Below, one piece after another: positions 14,928 through 24,001 of a stretch of 34,248 bases of DNA. The position numbers and the translations under genes are program-made. Position 1 is the stretch's first letter. Every line of letters begins with the position of its first letter. The notes below the pieces were generated by a model, which made no database searches, had not been told where the DNA came from, and saw nothing but the letters and a program-made list of their open reading frames with translations. The DNA is from an uncultured virus (IMG/VR IMGVR_UViG_3300032282_002789) (taxonomy: Duplodnaviria > Heunggongvirae > Uroviricota > Caudoviricetes), in IMG/VR virus record IMGVR_UViG_3300032282_002789; one strand, given 5' to 3'.

Positions 14928-16625
14928 ATGAAAATAGTTGGAATTAACAAAAATCATAATTCTTCAGTTGCTTTATTTGAAGATGATAATTTAATTTTTT
15001 TTATTGAAAATGAACGATTATCTAATATAAAACATCATGACTTTTGTTTTCAGGCTATTGATAAACTAAAAGAATATACAGATTCTATAGATTATTTAGT
15101 AATTTCAGGGTTATCTGAAACAAGGTCTGCCGATACTTATAAAGATCATAATGTTTATGTTTCTCAAATTTTAGGAATAAATAAATCTTTTTATAAAAAA
15201 GGATTTAAAGTTTTAGATAATTGGAATAATCACCATAAATTACATGCCTCAAATGCATTTTATAATTCGGGATTTAAAGAGGCCCTCTGTATTGTTAAAG
15301 ATGGCATGGGTTCAGAGGTTCTTCTTGGAGATTCTAGAACTTTTTTAGGACCTGGTTATGGGATGCAAGATGATTTGGGTAGAGAACTTGGGTCTGCATT
15401 TATTTTTTCATACCCATTTAATGTTCAAATTATTGAAAAACAAATTGGAACCACAACGCCGCTTCCTACTCCAAAGTTTAACTTAAATAATGGAGTAAGT
15501 TACTTAACGGGAGCAGTAAATGAGGGGGCTGCTTACAGCGCCATGAGTGTTTCCTATGGGTTTGAGCATCTTGATGCTGGAAAAGTCATGGGAATGTCCT
15601 CATATGGAAAAATTGATACTTCATTACCTGATATCTATGACAAAAATAACCTAATAAATAACCAAATGTTTATTTGGGAACACAATAATTTACAATTTCC
15701 AAAAATGAAATACAAAGTTGCCGATAATTTTGAATCTAAGGCTAATTTTGCGTACAAAGTACAAACAGAGATTCAAAACCACGTTACAGCATATATTTTA
15801 AACCTGTTAAAAATAACGGGCCAAAAGAATTTGTGTTTATCTGGCGGTTTCTTTTTAAATTGTGTTGCAAATTATCACTTATTAAAAAACCTCCCCGACG
15901 ACGTACAGATTTATATAGATCCAATTGCAAGTGATGCTGGAACGGCTATTGGAGCAGCCAGACTTTTATATAGAGAATTAACAAATGATGTAACCATAAA
16001 TCCACAAACAAATATTTACTATGGACCAAAGCACGACATCAAGTTATCTGACTTAAAAAATGAAAAAATTATTGAAAAGGTAACTCCTGAAGATGTTGCT
16101 AAATTACTTGCTGATAAAAAAATAATTGCTCTTTATCAAGGAAGATCAGAAGCGGGCCCACGAGCCCTGGGTAATCGAAGCATCCTTTATGACCCACGAG
16201 ATCCAAATGGTAAAGATCATGTTAATACTGTAAAGAAAAGAGAGTGGTTCCGCCCATTTGCTGGAACTGTGCTCTTAGAAAAGGCACGAGATTGGTTTGA
16301 TCTTCGATCTCTTACAGAATCTAAGTTTATGATGTTTGCTGTAGATGTATGGCCAGATAAACAAGCATTAATTCCAGCCATTACACATGTTGATGGAACT
16401 TGCCGAGTACAAACTCTAAAAAGAGAAGATAATCCTAGTTATTACGATTTGATCCAAGAGTTTGATAAATTGACGGGAGTACCCATTCTATTTAATACCT
16501 CCTTTAATTTGGCGGGTAATACTATTGTTGAAACCTTAAAAGACGCCCTATGGACTATCCATAACTCAGCCATTGATTATTTGTACCTTCCAGAGTTAAA
16601 GGTACTAGTAACAAAGGTGCCTTAA
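14928..16625 (+). CDS. Carbamoyltransferase (CmcH/NodU family)
   Basis: HNSS, ERLS..KH, HHKLHA, DGMG, GKVMGMSSYG, SGGFFLNCVAN, DAGTAIGAA, EAGPRALGNRS, KKREWFRPFA, NTSFN; start moved to ATG 14928. Confidence 0.93.
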   Translation: MKIVGINKNHNSSVALFEDDNLIFFIENERLSNIKHHDFCFQAIDKLKEYTDSIDYLVISGLSETRSADTYKDHNVYVSQILGINKSFYKKGFKVLDNWNNHHKLHASNAFYNSGFKEALCIVKDGMGSEVLLGDSRTFLGPGYGMQDDLGRELGSAFIFSYPFNVQIIEKQIGTTTPLPTPKFNLNNGVSYLTGAVNEGAAYSAMSVSYGFEHLDAGKVMGMSSYGKIDTSLPDIYDKNNLINNQMFIWEHNNLQFPKMKYKVADNFESKANFAYKVQTEIQNHVTAYILNLLKITGQKNLCLSGGFFLNCVANYHLLKNLPDDVQIYIDPIASDAGTAIGAARLLYRELTNDVTINPQTNIYYGPKHDIKLSDLKNEKIIEKVTPEDVAKLLADKKIIALYQGRSEAGPRALGNRSILYDPRDPNGKDHVNTVKKREWFRPFAGTVLLEKARDWFDLRSLTESKFMMFAVDVWPDKQALIPAITHVDGTCRVQTLKREDNPSYYDLIQEFDKLTGVPILFNTSFNLAGNTIVETLKDALWTIHNSAIDYLYLPELKVLVTKVP

Positions 16626-16676
16626 AAATTTCTCAATAGAGCCTCAAGACAGTAGCCATAATGTCACAATACAGTT

Positions 16677-17192
16677 ATGGCCAGATACGCAGAATTCCAA
16701 GACTCAGCAGGGCGTCACTACGTTGAGCACGATATGCCAGAAGAGACGGCGTATCAACATCCAATCCGTTCTTACGGTGATGCACGTCGTCTTTCTGTAT
16801 ATGACACAAAAGATTCAACGCCAAGAAAAGTTGACCCAAAGGGTGGCGGAGTTAGAGAAAATCCAAAGGGTGAGCCAGGTTTAGTTGGTTACTCAGATTT
16901 TTATCGTGAGCCTGTTCGTGAATCTGGTCTGACATTTGTAACTAGAGATCAACACGGCAATGAAACAAGAGAAAAGCCAAAGCCAATTGCAGATACCAAT
17001 ATCGGTTACATGCGTGTGAATGAGAAGTACCAAGGCGGAGGAATTGGGCGCCAGATGTTTGATTACATGCACAAAACAACTCCAGAAGGTTCAATCCTTA
17101 ATGTGGGTAAGGCAGCATCTAGAGAGACTCTACATATGTCTGAGAAGTTAAAGAAAGAGAAGCCAGACTCAATTAAATATAAGTTGTTTTAA
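16677..17192 (+). CDS. GNAT-family acetyltransferase
   Basis: Acetyl-CoA motif A: YMRVNEKYQGGGIGRQMF. Confidence 0.75.
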   Translation: MARYAEFQDSAGRHYVEHDMPEETAYQHPIRSYGDARRLSVYDTKDSTPRKVDPKGGGVRENPKGEPGLVGYSDFYREPVRESGLTFVTRDQHGNETREKPKPIADTNIGYMRVNEKYQGGGIGRQMFDYMHKTTPEGSILNVGKAASRETLHMSEKLKKEKPDSIKYKLF

Positions 17193-18022
17193 TGAAGAAG
17201 AACCTTTCCCAAAAGCAGTTCTCTCAACTAAAACTTTCGCTGGGTAACGTCGAGGGTTCAAAAATTAAACAACCACACCAAATGTCACCAGAGGAGTTTG
17301 CCTCTCATCCTTTTGCGGTTTTCCATACTACCCACCTTCCAACAGAGAAGGTCTTAGATGCAGGCTCACGGTTTGACCCTGGTATACACCTAGGTACAGA
17401 TATTGCTGCATCACAGCGCCACTTAGTAACTGGTAACAAATCAATGACGTCACTTACAAACGGCAAGATAGTTGAACCACATACTCAACCTGCAACTATG
17501 CACGTCTTCCATCATGACCCTGGTGAAAAACTTAATAGGATAGTCAGTGACGCTGCGGCAAATAATCGTGGCGGAAGTATTGAAAAACAAAAGAGAAATG
17601 TTTATTACAATAATAGTTATGAAGATCGTGGAAACCTATCCCTAGTTGTACACGACACCTCTCGATTAAAGTCTCAACACGACTTTGTCTCTAAAGCCAT
17701 CTCTGAAGGTAAAGAAGGCGAAGTTCATCCGTATACTTTAAAACTTTATAACTCAGGCTCATTAAAAAAGGGAAATGAAGTCCCTTACTCATTAAGTAAA
17801 CAACGTGTCCTTGATAACACAAGTGATCAAAAATTAAATCGTATTATGCATTTTGATGAAAAAAATAATCCAAAACTTCCGTTTGAAAAATCAGAAGGTG
17901 GTCTTTCTTCTAATAGAGGATTTTTTGGTGAACCAATGGGTAGAGACAAAACTAAATTTGAATTTCGTGGCCCTAATCAAGATGTTCTTAAAAAGGTTTT
18001 AAAAGATAGGAAGAAAGCGTGA
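17192..18022 (+). CDS. Putative ADP-ribosyltransferase-fold protein (NLSQKQF tag)
   Basis: VFHTT...GIHLGTDIAA...YYNNSYEDRGNLSLVV pattern resembles H-type ART folds. Confidence 0.5.
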   Translation: MKKNLSQKQFSQLKLSLGNVEGSKIKQPHQMSPEEFASHPFAVFHTTHLPTEKVLDAGSRFDPGIHLGTDIAASQRHLVTGNKSMTSLTNGKIVEPHTQPATMHVFHHDPGEKLNRIVSDAAANNRGGSIEKQKRNVYYNNSYEDRGNLSLVVHDTSRLKSQHDFVSKAISEGKEGEVHPYTLKLYNSGSLKKGNEVPYSLSKQRVLDNTSDQKLNRIMHFDEKNNPKLPFEKSEGGLSSNRGFFGEPMGRDKTKFEFRGPNQDVLKKVLKDRKKA

Positions 18023-18339
18023 GCGCCCAAGATAACCTCTCCCAAGAGCAATTCGGCCCCATGTACCATGGGACTAGAGCAGATGTAAGTGGTGGCTTTA
18101 TATTTCCTGCTGTCACTGAGGGAGAAGGCCGCATGGCTCGTGCATGGGCAACCAGTGACCCAGGGCAAGCAAGATTCTTTGGCGAAACTAAAATGCCAAA
18201 GGGTGCTGAGAAGAATCCAGTGAAGGTCTACAAGGTAGCACCAGTTAGCAAGGAAGTTAAAGAAGAATCTGGGAACATAGAGGGTGAACGTTTCTATTCC
18301 TCCCCTCACGGGTTTATGATTACTGGAGAACACAAATGA
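18019..18339 (+). CDS. Arr-like (rifampin ART fold) ADP-ribosyltransferase (NLSQEQF tag)
   Basis: GPMYHGTRAD...AWATSD...VYKVAP...YSSPHGFMITGE parallels the Arr layout. Confidence 0.65.
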   Translation: MSAQDNLSQEQFGPMYHGTRADVSGGFIFPAVTEGEGRMARAWATSDPGQARFFGETKMPKGAEKNPVKVYKVAPVSKEVKEESGNIEGERFYSSPHGFMITGEHK

Positions 18340-18467
18340 GCGCCAAATACTCACGTAACGAACCATTCAACAAGATGCAGATTAAAGATGGCTGGATAGT
18401 CATCATGCGAAAAGATGGATCTATCAAATCACGTATTGAGCCCTATCGCCCAAAAATAAAGAAATGA
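18336..18467 (+). CDS. Small basic protein (43 aa)
   Basis: Hand-translated MSAKYSRNEPF...; ATGA overlap and GGAG RBS. Confidence 0.6.
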   Translation: MSAKYSRNEPFNKMQIKDGWIVIMRKDGSIKSRIEPYRPKIKK

Positions 18468-18610
18468 AACGGTATTTAGAGATAATAGGTTTTACACTAT
18501 TATTTCTAAGTATTATTTCTTACAAAATGATGGAAGATGTACGAGGACAAGATCCAAGAGCACGAATTGATCCACCAACAGTAAAGGTAATGTGCACAGA
18601 CCATGTATGA
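18464..18610 (+). CDS. Small membrane-anchored protein (48 aa)
   Basis: Hand-translated; ATGA overlap; N-terminal hydrophobic helix. Confidence 0.5.
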   Translation: MKRYLEIIGFTLLFLSIISYKMMEDVRGQDPRARIDPPTVKVMCTDHV

Positions 18611-19007
18611 GTATCACGTAAAGAAGGTCAACAAGATAGTTGATGGAGATACTATCGATGTTGATATTGATTTGGGTTTTGATGTCTCATTCTCCTCTCG
18701 TGTGCGCCTAGCGGGTATTGATACCCCTGAAAGTCGTACTACCGATTTGAAGGAAAAAGCCCTCGGCGTCGAGGTTAAAGAAAAGATTAAAAAAGAAATA
18801 GCGGCGGCGAAAGACATTGTCATTAAGACAGAGAAGCCAGACTCATCAGAGAAGTACGGCAGAATCTTAGGTTGGTTATTCCTAGATAATAATGCTGTGT
18901 CATTAAATCAACAGTTAATAGATCAGGGTTATGCCTGGACATATGGGGGCGGCACAAAAATAAAAGACTTTGAAGAATTAGCCACAAAGCGCAAGGTGAC
19001 TAAATAA
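18603..19007 (+). CDS. Thermonuclease (SNase) family nuclease
   Basis: VDGDTID, RVRLAGIDTPES, EKYGRILG, LN..LI..GYA. Confidence 0.92.
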   Translation: MYEYHVKKVNKIVDGDTIDVDIDLGFDVSFSSRVRLAGIDTPESRTTDLKEKALGVEVKEKIKKEIAAAKDIVIKTEKPDSSEKYGRILGWLFLDNNAVSLNQQLIDQGYAWTYGGGTKIKDFEELATKRKVTK

Positions 19008-19009
19008 AC

Positions 19010-19165
19010 ATGTGTGAACATATCTATAAGAGTATAGGCGTAAGTGTGTGCCCTAAGTGCGGCCTTCCAACTCATAATATGAATTGGAAACATCAGAATC
19101 AACTAAGAGAACAATGGTTAATTACTAATCCTGATGCTGAGTATGTGGGATGGATGTCAATATGA
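19010..19165 (+). CDS. Small zinc-binding protein (51 aa)
   Basis: Hand-translated MCEH...CPKCG..TH. Confidence 0.6.
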   Translation: MCEHIYKSIGVSVCPKCGLPTHNMNWKHQNQLREQWLITNPDAEYVGWMSI

Positions 19166-19392
19166 GTAAGAAGTGGATTCCACATCCAACTGATAAGTGG
19201 CAAGTTGACTGGCACTCCCTTAAGTATCATAAGCATGCCATGACCTTTGAAGAATCAAATGCATTTATGTCTACACCTAACGAAGATGGCTCACATAAGA
19301 CTCGTCTTGATTTTCACAAACACTTACATGATCAAGAACAATTTGGTTTAGGCGAGCCTCACGATCACTTTACTCCCAAGGATAAAAAATGA
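19162..19392 (+). CDS. His-rich hypothetical protein
   Basis: Start at ATGA overlap (MSKKW); HKHLH...PHDH. Confidence 0.65.
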   Translation: MSKKWIPHPTDKWQVDWHSLKYHKHAMTFEESNAFMSTPNEDGSHKTRLDFHKHLHDQEQFGLGEPHDHFTPKDKK

Positions 19393-19643
19393 AGAAGAAG
19401 GGTTTTTCAAAGAGTGGTTATTCTAGATCTTCTTACGGAAAAAAATCCGTTCAGGAAAGATTTAAGGTTAAAGATGTGAATGAAGAGGGCGGTCCTGACT
19501 TTATTTCTGCCTGGGTTAATAACAACTTGAATAAGACGCAGATGTCTAATGCTGAAGGAATAAAGGATCTTATGCAGGGCCCGAAATTAGGTTACAACGT
19601 GAGAAAGCGCCAAACATCTGAGCCAAGGGAAGAAGATGAGTAA
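19389..19643 (+). CDS. Hypothetical protein
   Basis: 84-aa coupled ORF. Confidence 0.65.
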   Translation: MKKKGFSKSGYSRSSYGKKSVQERFKVKDVNEEGGPDFISAWVNNNLNKTQMSNAEGIKDLMQGPKLGYNVRKRQTSEPREEDE

Positions 19644-20025
19644 TTTATCTCCTAAACAATTTCATGTATTTCGTGGGTTACAAACTAATGCCTCTGGAAT
19701 ACAAAAAAACATACTGGGAGTTCATTGGACTGATAACCCAGATGTAGCAGAAGATTTTGGAAGTGGCAAGGGTCTAGGCGGCTATGCAAGTCATCGTGCA
19801 TCTTATAAAGGTCCCTACTCGGTTATACACGCAACAACAACCAAAAATGCCGTAGAAAGAAACCCAAAGAAATTACAGACCTATGACATTGCTATGGATG
19901 CCGAAGAAGATGAGGTACCTTTAAAAGAAAACGTTAAAGTTAAAGTTCACTCAATAACAACCGTGCATCCTAATAAACGTGAAAGAATGCGCCGATATAA
20001 AACTCCACGAGAGATGACTACATGA
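19636..20025 (+). CDS. Putative ADP-ribosyltransferase-fold protein (NLSPKQF tag)
   Basis: VFRGL...GVHWTDNPDVAEDF...EEDEV; R-x-ExE-type ART layout. Confidence 0.6.
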   Translation: MSNLSPKQFHVFRGLQTNASGIQKNILGVHWTDNPDVAEDFGSGKGLGGYASHRASYKGPYSVIHATTTKNAVERNPKKLQTYDIAMDAEEDEVPLKENVKVKVHSITTVHPNKRERMRRYKTPREMTT

Positions 20026-20540
20026 GTAGAGGTCAAGAGTTTTCTCACGGAGTCTGGAAACAAGAGCCGTTAATTCATACGCCTCGAGAATTAACCCATC
20101 TTGCTAAGAGTCTTACAGATAAAGATCATCCTGAACTTGGCGGAGAACATGGTGCTACAGGTAACCTTAATGACCCTAACAATAATCAATTAGCCTACAT
20201 GGGTGGGAATAAAGAAAGCGCAGCAGGTGAATGCGATAGGGCGTGTCGTTATGCCCACGACCATTTACCACATGGATCACATGTAGTTGAATATAGGCGT
20301 GACCATACTGGTAAGGATGAGTTTGCTAATCACTATGTGCACCATGTGCCAACAACTGAGGGTATGTATGCGGTTGACTATACTCAAAGACAATTTAACG
20401 CTAAAGCCAAGTTTCCAGTTGTAGAAAAGATGGGTAAATTTCAAAATAGAAAATCTATGTCAAAGTTTGACACCATGCATAGTGGTCGTGTTGATTTATA
20501 TCGTTCTGATAAAGAAGGGAACATTTACCCAGAACAATGA
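20022..20540 (+). CDS. Papain/transglutaminase-fold Cys-His-Asp enzyme (peptidase/deamidase-like)
   Basis: AAGECDRAC...NHYV...YAVDYTQRQF. Confidence 0.55.
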   Translation: MSRGQEFSHGVWKQEPLIHTPRELTHLAKSLTDKDHPELGGEHGATGNLNDPNNNQLAYMGGNKESAAGECDRACRYAHDHLPHGSHVVEYRRDHTGKDEFANHYVHHVPTTEGMYAVDYTQRQFNAKAKFPVVEKMGKFQNRKSMSKFDTMHSGRVDLYRSDKEGNIYPEQ

Positions 20541-20950
20541 AAAATTTAAATCAAAAACAATTTAATCGTTTATGGATGGACGCACCTGTTGTTAAAAAAC
20601 TTGGAGTGATTGCTCATGATCCAAAAGAAGATAACACTGAAGAAGGAATGTCTCGTGAGCATGCTATGTATTCTACTAAAGAACACCACAACCCAGAGGA
20701 TATGTGGGATATGCCCTCAACAGAGGAGTTACATACAACTCAAGGTTCTTTAGAAAAATCTGGAATTCGCCATTTTATTGATCACCCTAACAATCCTGAA
20801 CAATGGAAAGAAGGAGAAGGTTACGATGCTCCAGAAGTTTATTCGCATCAAGGAAAAACGTGGATTCATGAAGGACATCACCGAATAATTGCTTCTCGAT
20901 TAAGAGGAGATTCCAGTACAAAAGTCCACCATTGGGATACTGGAGAGTAA
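20537..20950 (+). CDS. ParB/sulfiredoxin-like domain protein (NLNQKQF tag)
   Basis: LHTTQ...PEV...IHEGHHRIIASRLRG. Confidence 0.72.
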   Translation: MKNLNQKQFNRLWMDAPVVKKLGVIAHDPKEDNTEEGMSREHAMYSTKEHHNPEDMWDMPSTEELHTTQGSLEKSGIRHFIDHPNNPEQWKEGEGYDAPEVYSHQGKTWIHEGHHRIIASRLRGDSSTKVHHWDTGE

Positions 20951-21456
20951 TGTTAAATCAAAAACAATTTCGTGTTCCTGTTCCTGAAAATGTTCAGGTA
21001 AGAAAAGCGGGTGGTAAGGGTCACCTTGAGGGAGATCCAACAGAAAGTGCTACTGGTATGGTTAGAACAGAGCGTTTAATTCCTCTAATGGAACATAGAC
21101 GTCTTGGTGCTGATGCTCAGCCATCTAGTTCTAATACCGTTGCTGGAATTAGAGCCGATATTAAAAATGGCAAAGGTATTAATAATCCAATTATGGTTGC
21201 ATATGATCACGCTAATAAGTGGGGCGTTGTTGGTGAGGGCCACCATAGACTAGAGGCTGCAATGGCAGAGGGCGTCTCTCATGTACCAGTGACAGTTTAC
21301 CGTCAGCCAGGATTAGGTGAAAGAAAAGAAAACTCTCTAGGTGGCCATCTAGCCATGCTTACTAACTTCACCGATAAAGGAAGCCACGAAGAACGTATGG
21401 GAAAAGAGTACGTCCCGACCAATATGCACCCTGGTCACTTCAAACAATTTCAGTAG
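20950..21456 (+). CDS. ParB/sulfiredoxin-like domain protein (LNQKQF tag)
   Basis: GINNPIMV...GEGHHRLEAAMAEGVSHVPV; start at TAATG overlap 20950 with GGAG RBS. Confidence 0.78.
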   Translation: MLNQKQFRVPVPENVQVRKAGGKGHLEGDPTESATGMVRTERLIPLMEHRRLGADAQPSSSNTVAGIRADIKNGKGINNPIMVAYDHANKWGVVGEGHHRLEAAMAEGVSHVPVTVYRQPGLGERKENSLGGHLAMLTNFTDKGSHEERMGKEYVPTNMHPGHFKQFQ

Positions 21457-21490
21457 ATAAGGTATTCTAGGATTAACTAAGGGAGATGTA

Positions 21491-22231
21491 ATGGCAGATA
21501 AAGGAACAGCAGCAGCAATATTAGAGATTGCTCAAAAAGAAGTAGGAACTATTGAAGGTCCTAAAGATAATGAAACTAAGTACGGTGCCTTTACTAAGGC
21601 TAATTTTTTGCCTTGGTGTGGTTCATTTGTTATGTGGTGTGCTAATCAAGCAGGTGTAAAAGTTCCTAATACAGTTTCAACTGTGGCAGGTGCAACAGCC
21701 TTCAAGAAGATGGGCACATGGACAGATGCCAAGGAGGCTTCTCCACAGCCAGGAGACATTGCTTATTTTGATTTTCCAGGAGATGGCGTAGACCGTATCT
21801 CCCACGTTGGCATTGTGCTATCTAATAACTTAGACGGAACAGTTACGTGTATTGAAGGTAATACCGCTGGAGATGCTAAAGGTGATCAACGAAATGGTGG
21901 CGAGGTATGCAAGAAAGTTCGTGGCTATCTTCCTAATAAGAAAAAAGTTTTAGTCTCTGTTGTTGGTTTTGGTCGTCCTAACTATTCTGGAAATGAAGTT
22001 AAGGCAAAAGTTCCAGTTTCAGATACTCCAGTATTCCCAGGAACTATTAAGCCTGGAGATAAGAGCGAAGGTGTAAAGGTAATACAGAAGGCTCTAGGTT
22101 TAAGTGCTGATGGTGACTACGGTCCAGCCACAAAAAAGGCCGTAGTATCATTTCAGGACAATCACGACAATTTAGACTCTAACGGAGTAATCGGTCCTAA
22201 GACCTGGGCAGAACTGGTCAAATTTATATAA
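21491..22231 (+). CDS. Endolysin: CHAP domain plus C-terminal peptidoglycan-binding domain
   Basis: PWCGSFVMW, PGDI, SHVGIV, IEGNT; C-terminal IQKALGLSADGDYGPAT...GVIGPKTW. Confidence 0.92.
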   Translation: MADKGTAAAILEIAQKEVGTIEGPKDNETKYGAFTKANFLPWCGSFVMWCANQAGVKVPNTVSTVAGATAFKKMGTWTDAKEASPQPGDIAYFDFPGDGVDRISHVGIVLSNNLDGTVTCIEGNTAGDAKGDQRNGGEVCKKVRGYLPNKKKVLVSVVGFGRPNYSGNEVKAKVPVSDTPVFPGTIKPGDKSEGVKVIQKALGLSADGDYGPATKKAVVSFQDNHDNLDSNGVIGPKTWAELVKFI

Positions 22232-22251
22232 ATCGGACATTTTACCCCTGT

Positions 22252-22289
22252 AGCCCCCATAGATATTTCTGGTATTCTATGGGGGCTTT
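22252..22289 (+). terminator. Intrinsic terminator after the endolysin
   Basis: AGCCCCCATAGA...TCTATGGGGGCT followed by TTCT. Confidence 0.7.
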
Positions 22290-22307
22290 CTACTGAGAGG
22301 GGTGCTC

Positions 22308-22853
22308 ATGACAACAATCATTGGAGTACAGTATGAAGATCGCTGCATCCTACTTGCAGACAATCAAGTAACAGATGACAGTGGTCGTATCTATCGCCAT
22401 CCAGAGATGGCAAAGATTACAGAACGTGGTGATTTTATAATTGCTGGTTCTGGAGAAGTATCTCCTTGCGATATTGCTCAACACATTTGGAATCCGCCAA
22501 AATTAACTCCTAAAGATTCTAAAGATGTCTATCATTTTATGATTGCAAAGGCAATGCCTGCTTTTAGAAAATGTTTAACTGAAAATGGATACGATTTTAA
22601 TGAAGACCACGATAAATCAAAAGAGGGATTACGATTTCAATTTTTGATGGCTGTTGGTGGCGAAATTTTTGATATCGATCAAGATTTGGCTGTTATGAGA
22701 AGTATGGACGGTACCTACGCAGTTGGTTCTGGTGCTACATACGCCTTGGGCGCATTACATGCGGGGGCTAAACCTATGAAGGCTATGGAAATTGCAGCAA
22801 AACTTACAGCCTTTACTTCAGGTCCATACATACAGAAAGAACAATACAAGTAA
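22308..22853 (+). CDS. Ntn-hydrolase, proteasome beta/HslV-like peptidase
   Basis: N-terminal (M)TTIIG, LADNQ, K..IAGSG, AVGSGA.YALGAL. Confidence 0.85.
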   Translation: MTTIIGVQYEDRCILLADNQVTDDSGRIYRHPEMAKITERGDFIIAGSGEVSPCDIAQHIWNPPKLTPKDSKDVYHFMIAKAMPAFRKCLTENGYDFNEDHDKSKEGLRFQFLMAVGGEIFDIDQDLAVMRSMDGTYAVGSGATYALGALHAGAKPMKAMEIAAKLTAFTSGPYIQKEQYK

Positions 22854-22939
22854 CTTTTGTGGGTTAGATCACATTCAATAAAAGTTACTCCTGATAATAA
22901 CTTTTTAATTTGTTAAAATACTTCCGTCTCTTTGTAGAC

Positions 22940-22970
22940 ACTTCTCCTGAGTAAGAGGTAAAACTGCTCA
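22940..22970 (+). ncRNA. H-type pseudoknot motif, copy 1
   Basis: Stem ACUUCU/AGAGGU; loop UGAGUA pairs with downstream UGCUCA after AAAAC. Confidence 0.55.
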
Positions 22971-23015
22971 TTTTTAAGACTCCAACGTGAGCCTATTTTA
23001 AGGAGATACAACTAA

Positions 23016-23981
23016 GTGATATCACTGAAAAAAATCGCATTTGTTTGTGCTGCAGCACTTACAAGTACAGTTCTTTTAGTTCCATCAGCAAGTGCAGCCG
23101 CAGCAACAACGCTAACCGTAAATGGATCAGCAGCAACTGGAGGCACAGCAGCAACTGCTCCTGTGGCACTTCCTGTTCCAGCAGATAACAGTGTTGATTT
23201 AGCAGATGCATTAAAGATTGCTGTAACAGGTTTAGATACAGGTACAGTTGTTACTGCTGTTGCAACTAATGCAACACTAGTACCAGCGGTAGCAACATCT
23301 GCTGCACCAGTTACTTCAGCATCAGGAACTGCAAGTCTTTCTATTAGTACAGGTACTGGTACAACCGCTGATATTTTTGTTTATACAAAAACAACTGCAG
23401 TTGGAACTGTGTCCGTAACAATTGGTGGAAACACAACCACATATTATGTACAAGGTACTGCTGGCGCACTTAACGCAATTGCATTAACTGCACCAGAATC
23501 AGCAGCGGCTGGAAGCACTCAATCACTAAAGGTAACTGGATACGATGTATTTGGTAACTTAAAAGGTGGAGCATCAATTAACGCTGTTGTAAGTAATGGA
23601 TCAACTGCAAGCGCAACTACACTAACAACTGACACTGTTACAGCAACAAATGGAAATAAAACATTTGATGTTGTAATTCCAGCATCAGGACAAGTTACTG
23701 TAATTGTTTATGCAACCGTAGCAACAGCAATTACTGGAATGTCAACACCTGTTGGGTCAGTTAGCAAGAACATTGCTATCCGTGATCTTGCTGGCGAATT
23801 GGGAGCAACTCAAGCAGCATTGGCAGCAGAAAAAGTAGCCCGTGCAGCAGACAAGGCAGCCTCTGATTCAGCCACTGTAACTGCAAATAAGCAAATTGCT
23901 GATTTAACTGCATCAATTGCAAGTCTAAAAGCCCTTTATAACAAGTTGGCTAAGAAGTACAAACTAAAGACTATTAAGTAG
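23016..23981 (+). CDS. Secreted Ala/Thr-rich beta-sandwich (Ig-like) surface protein with C-terminal coiled coil
   Basis: Signal peptide KKIAFVCAAALTS...ASA; DVFGN motif; AAGGAG RBS. Confidence 0.8.
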   Translation: MISLKKIAFVCAAALTSTVLLVPSASAAAATTLTVNGSAATGGTAATAPVALPVPADNSVDLADALKIAVTGLDTGTVVTAVATNATLVPAVATSAAPVTSASGTASLSISTGTGTTADIFVYTKTTAVGTVSVTIGGNTTTYYVQGTAGALNAIALTAPESAAAGSTQSLKVTGYDVFGNLKGGASINAVVSNGSTASATTLTTDTVTATNGNKTFDVVIPASGQVTVIVYATVATAITGMSTPVGSVSKNIAIRDLAGELGATQAALAAEKVARAADKAASDSATVTANKQIADLTASIASLKALYNKLAKKYKLKTIK

Positions 23982-24001
23982 TATTTAACTACAACTTAAT
24001 A

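Noticed and set aside
18019..18339. Calling this a rifampin-resistance gene (arr)
   Set aside because: Only the fold pattern is recognisable; the protein is shorter and divergent, and the substrate cannot be inferred
20932..20949. TTG start given in the ORF track for the third ParB-like gene
   Set aside because: ATG at 20950 has an RBS, overlaps the upstream stop and places the tag at the N-terminus
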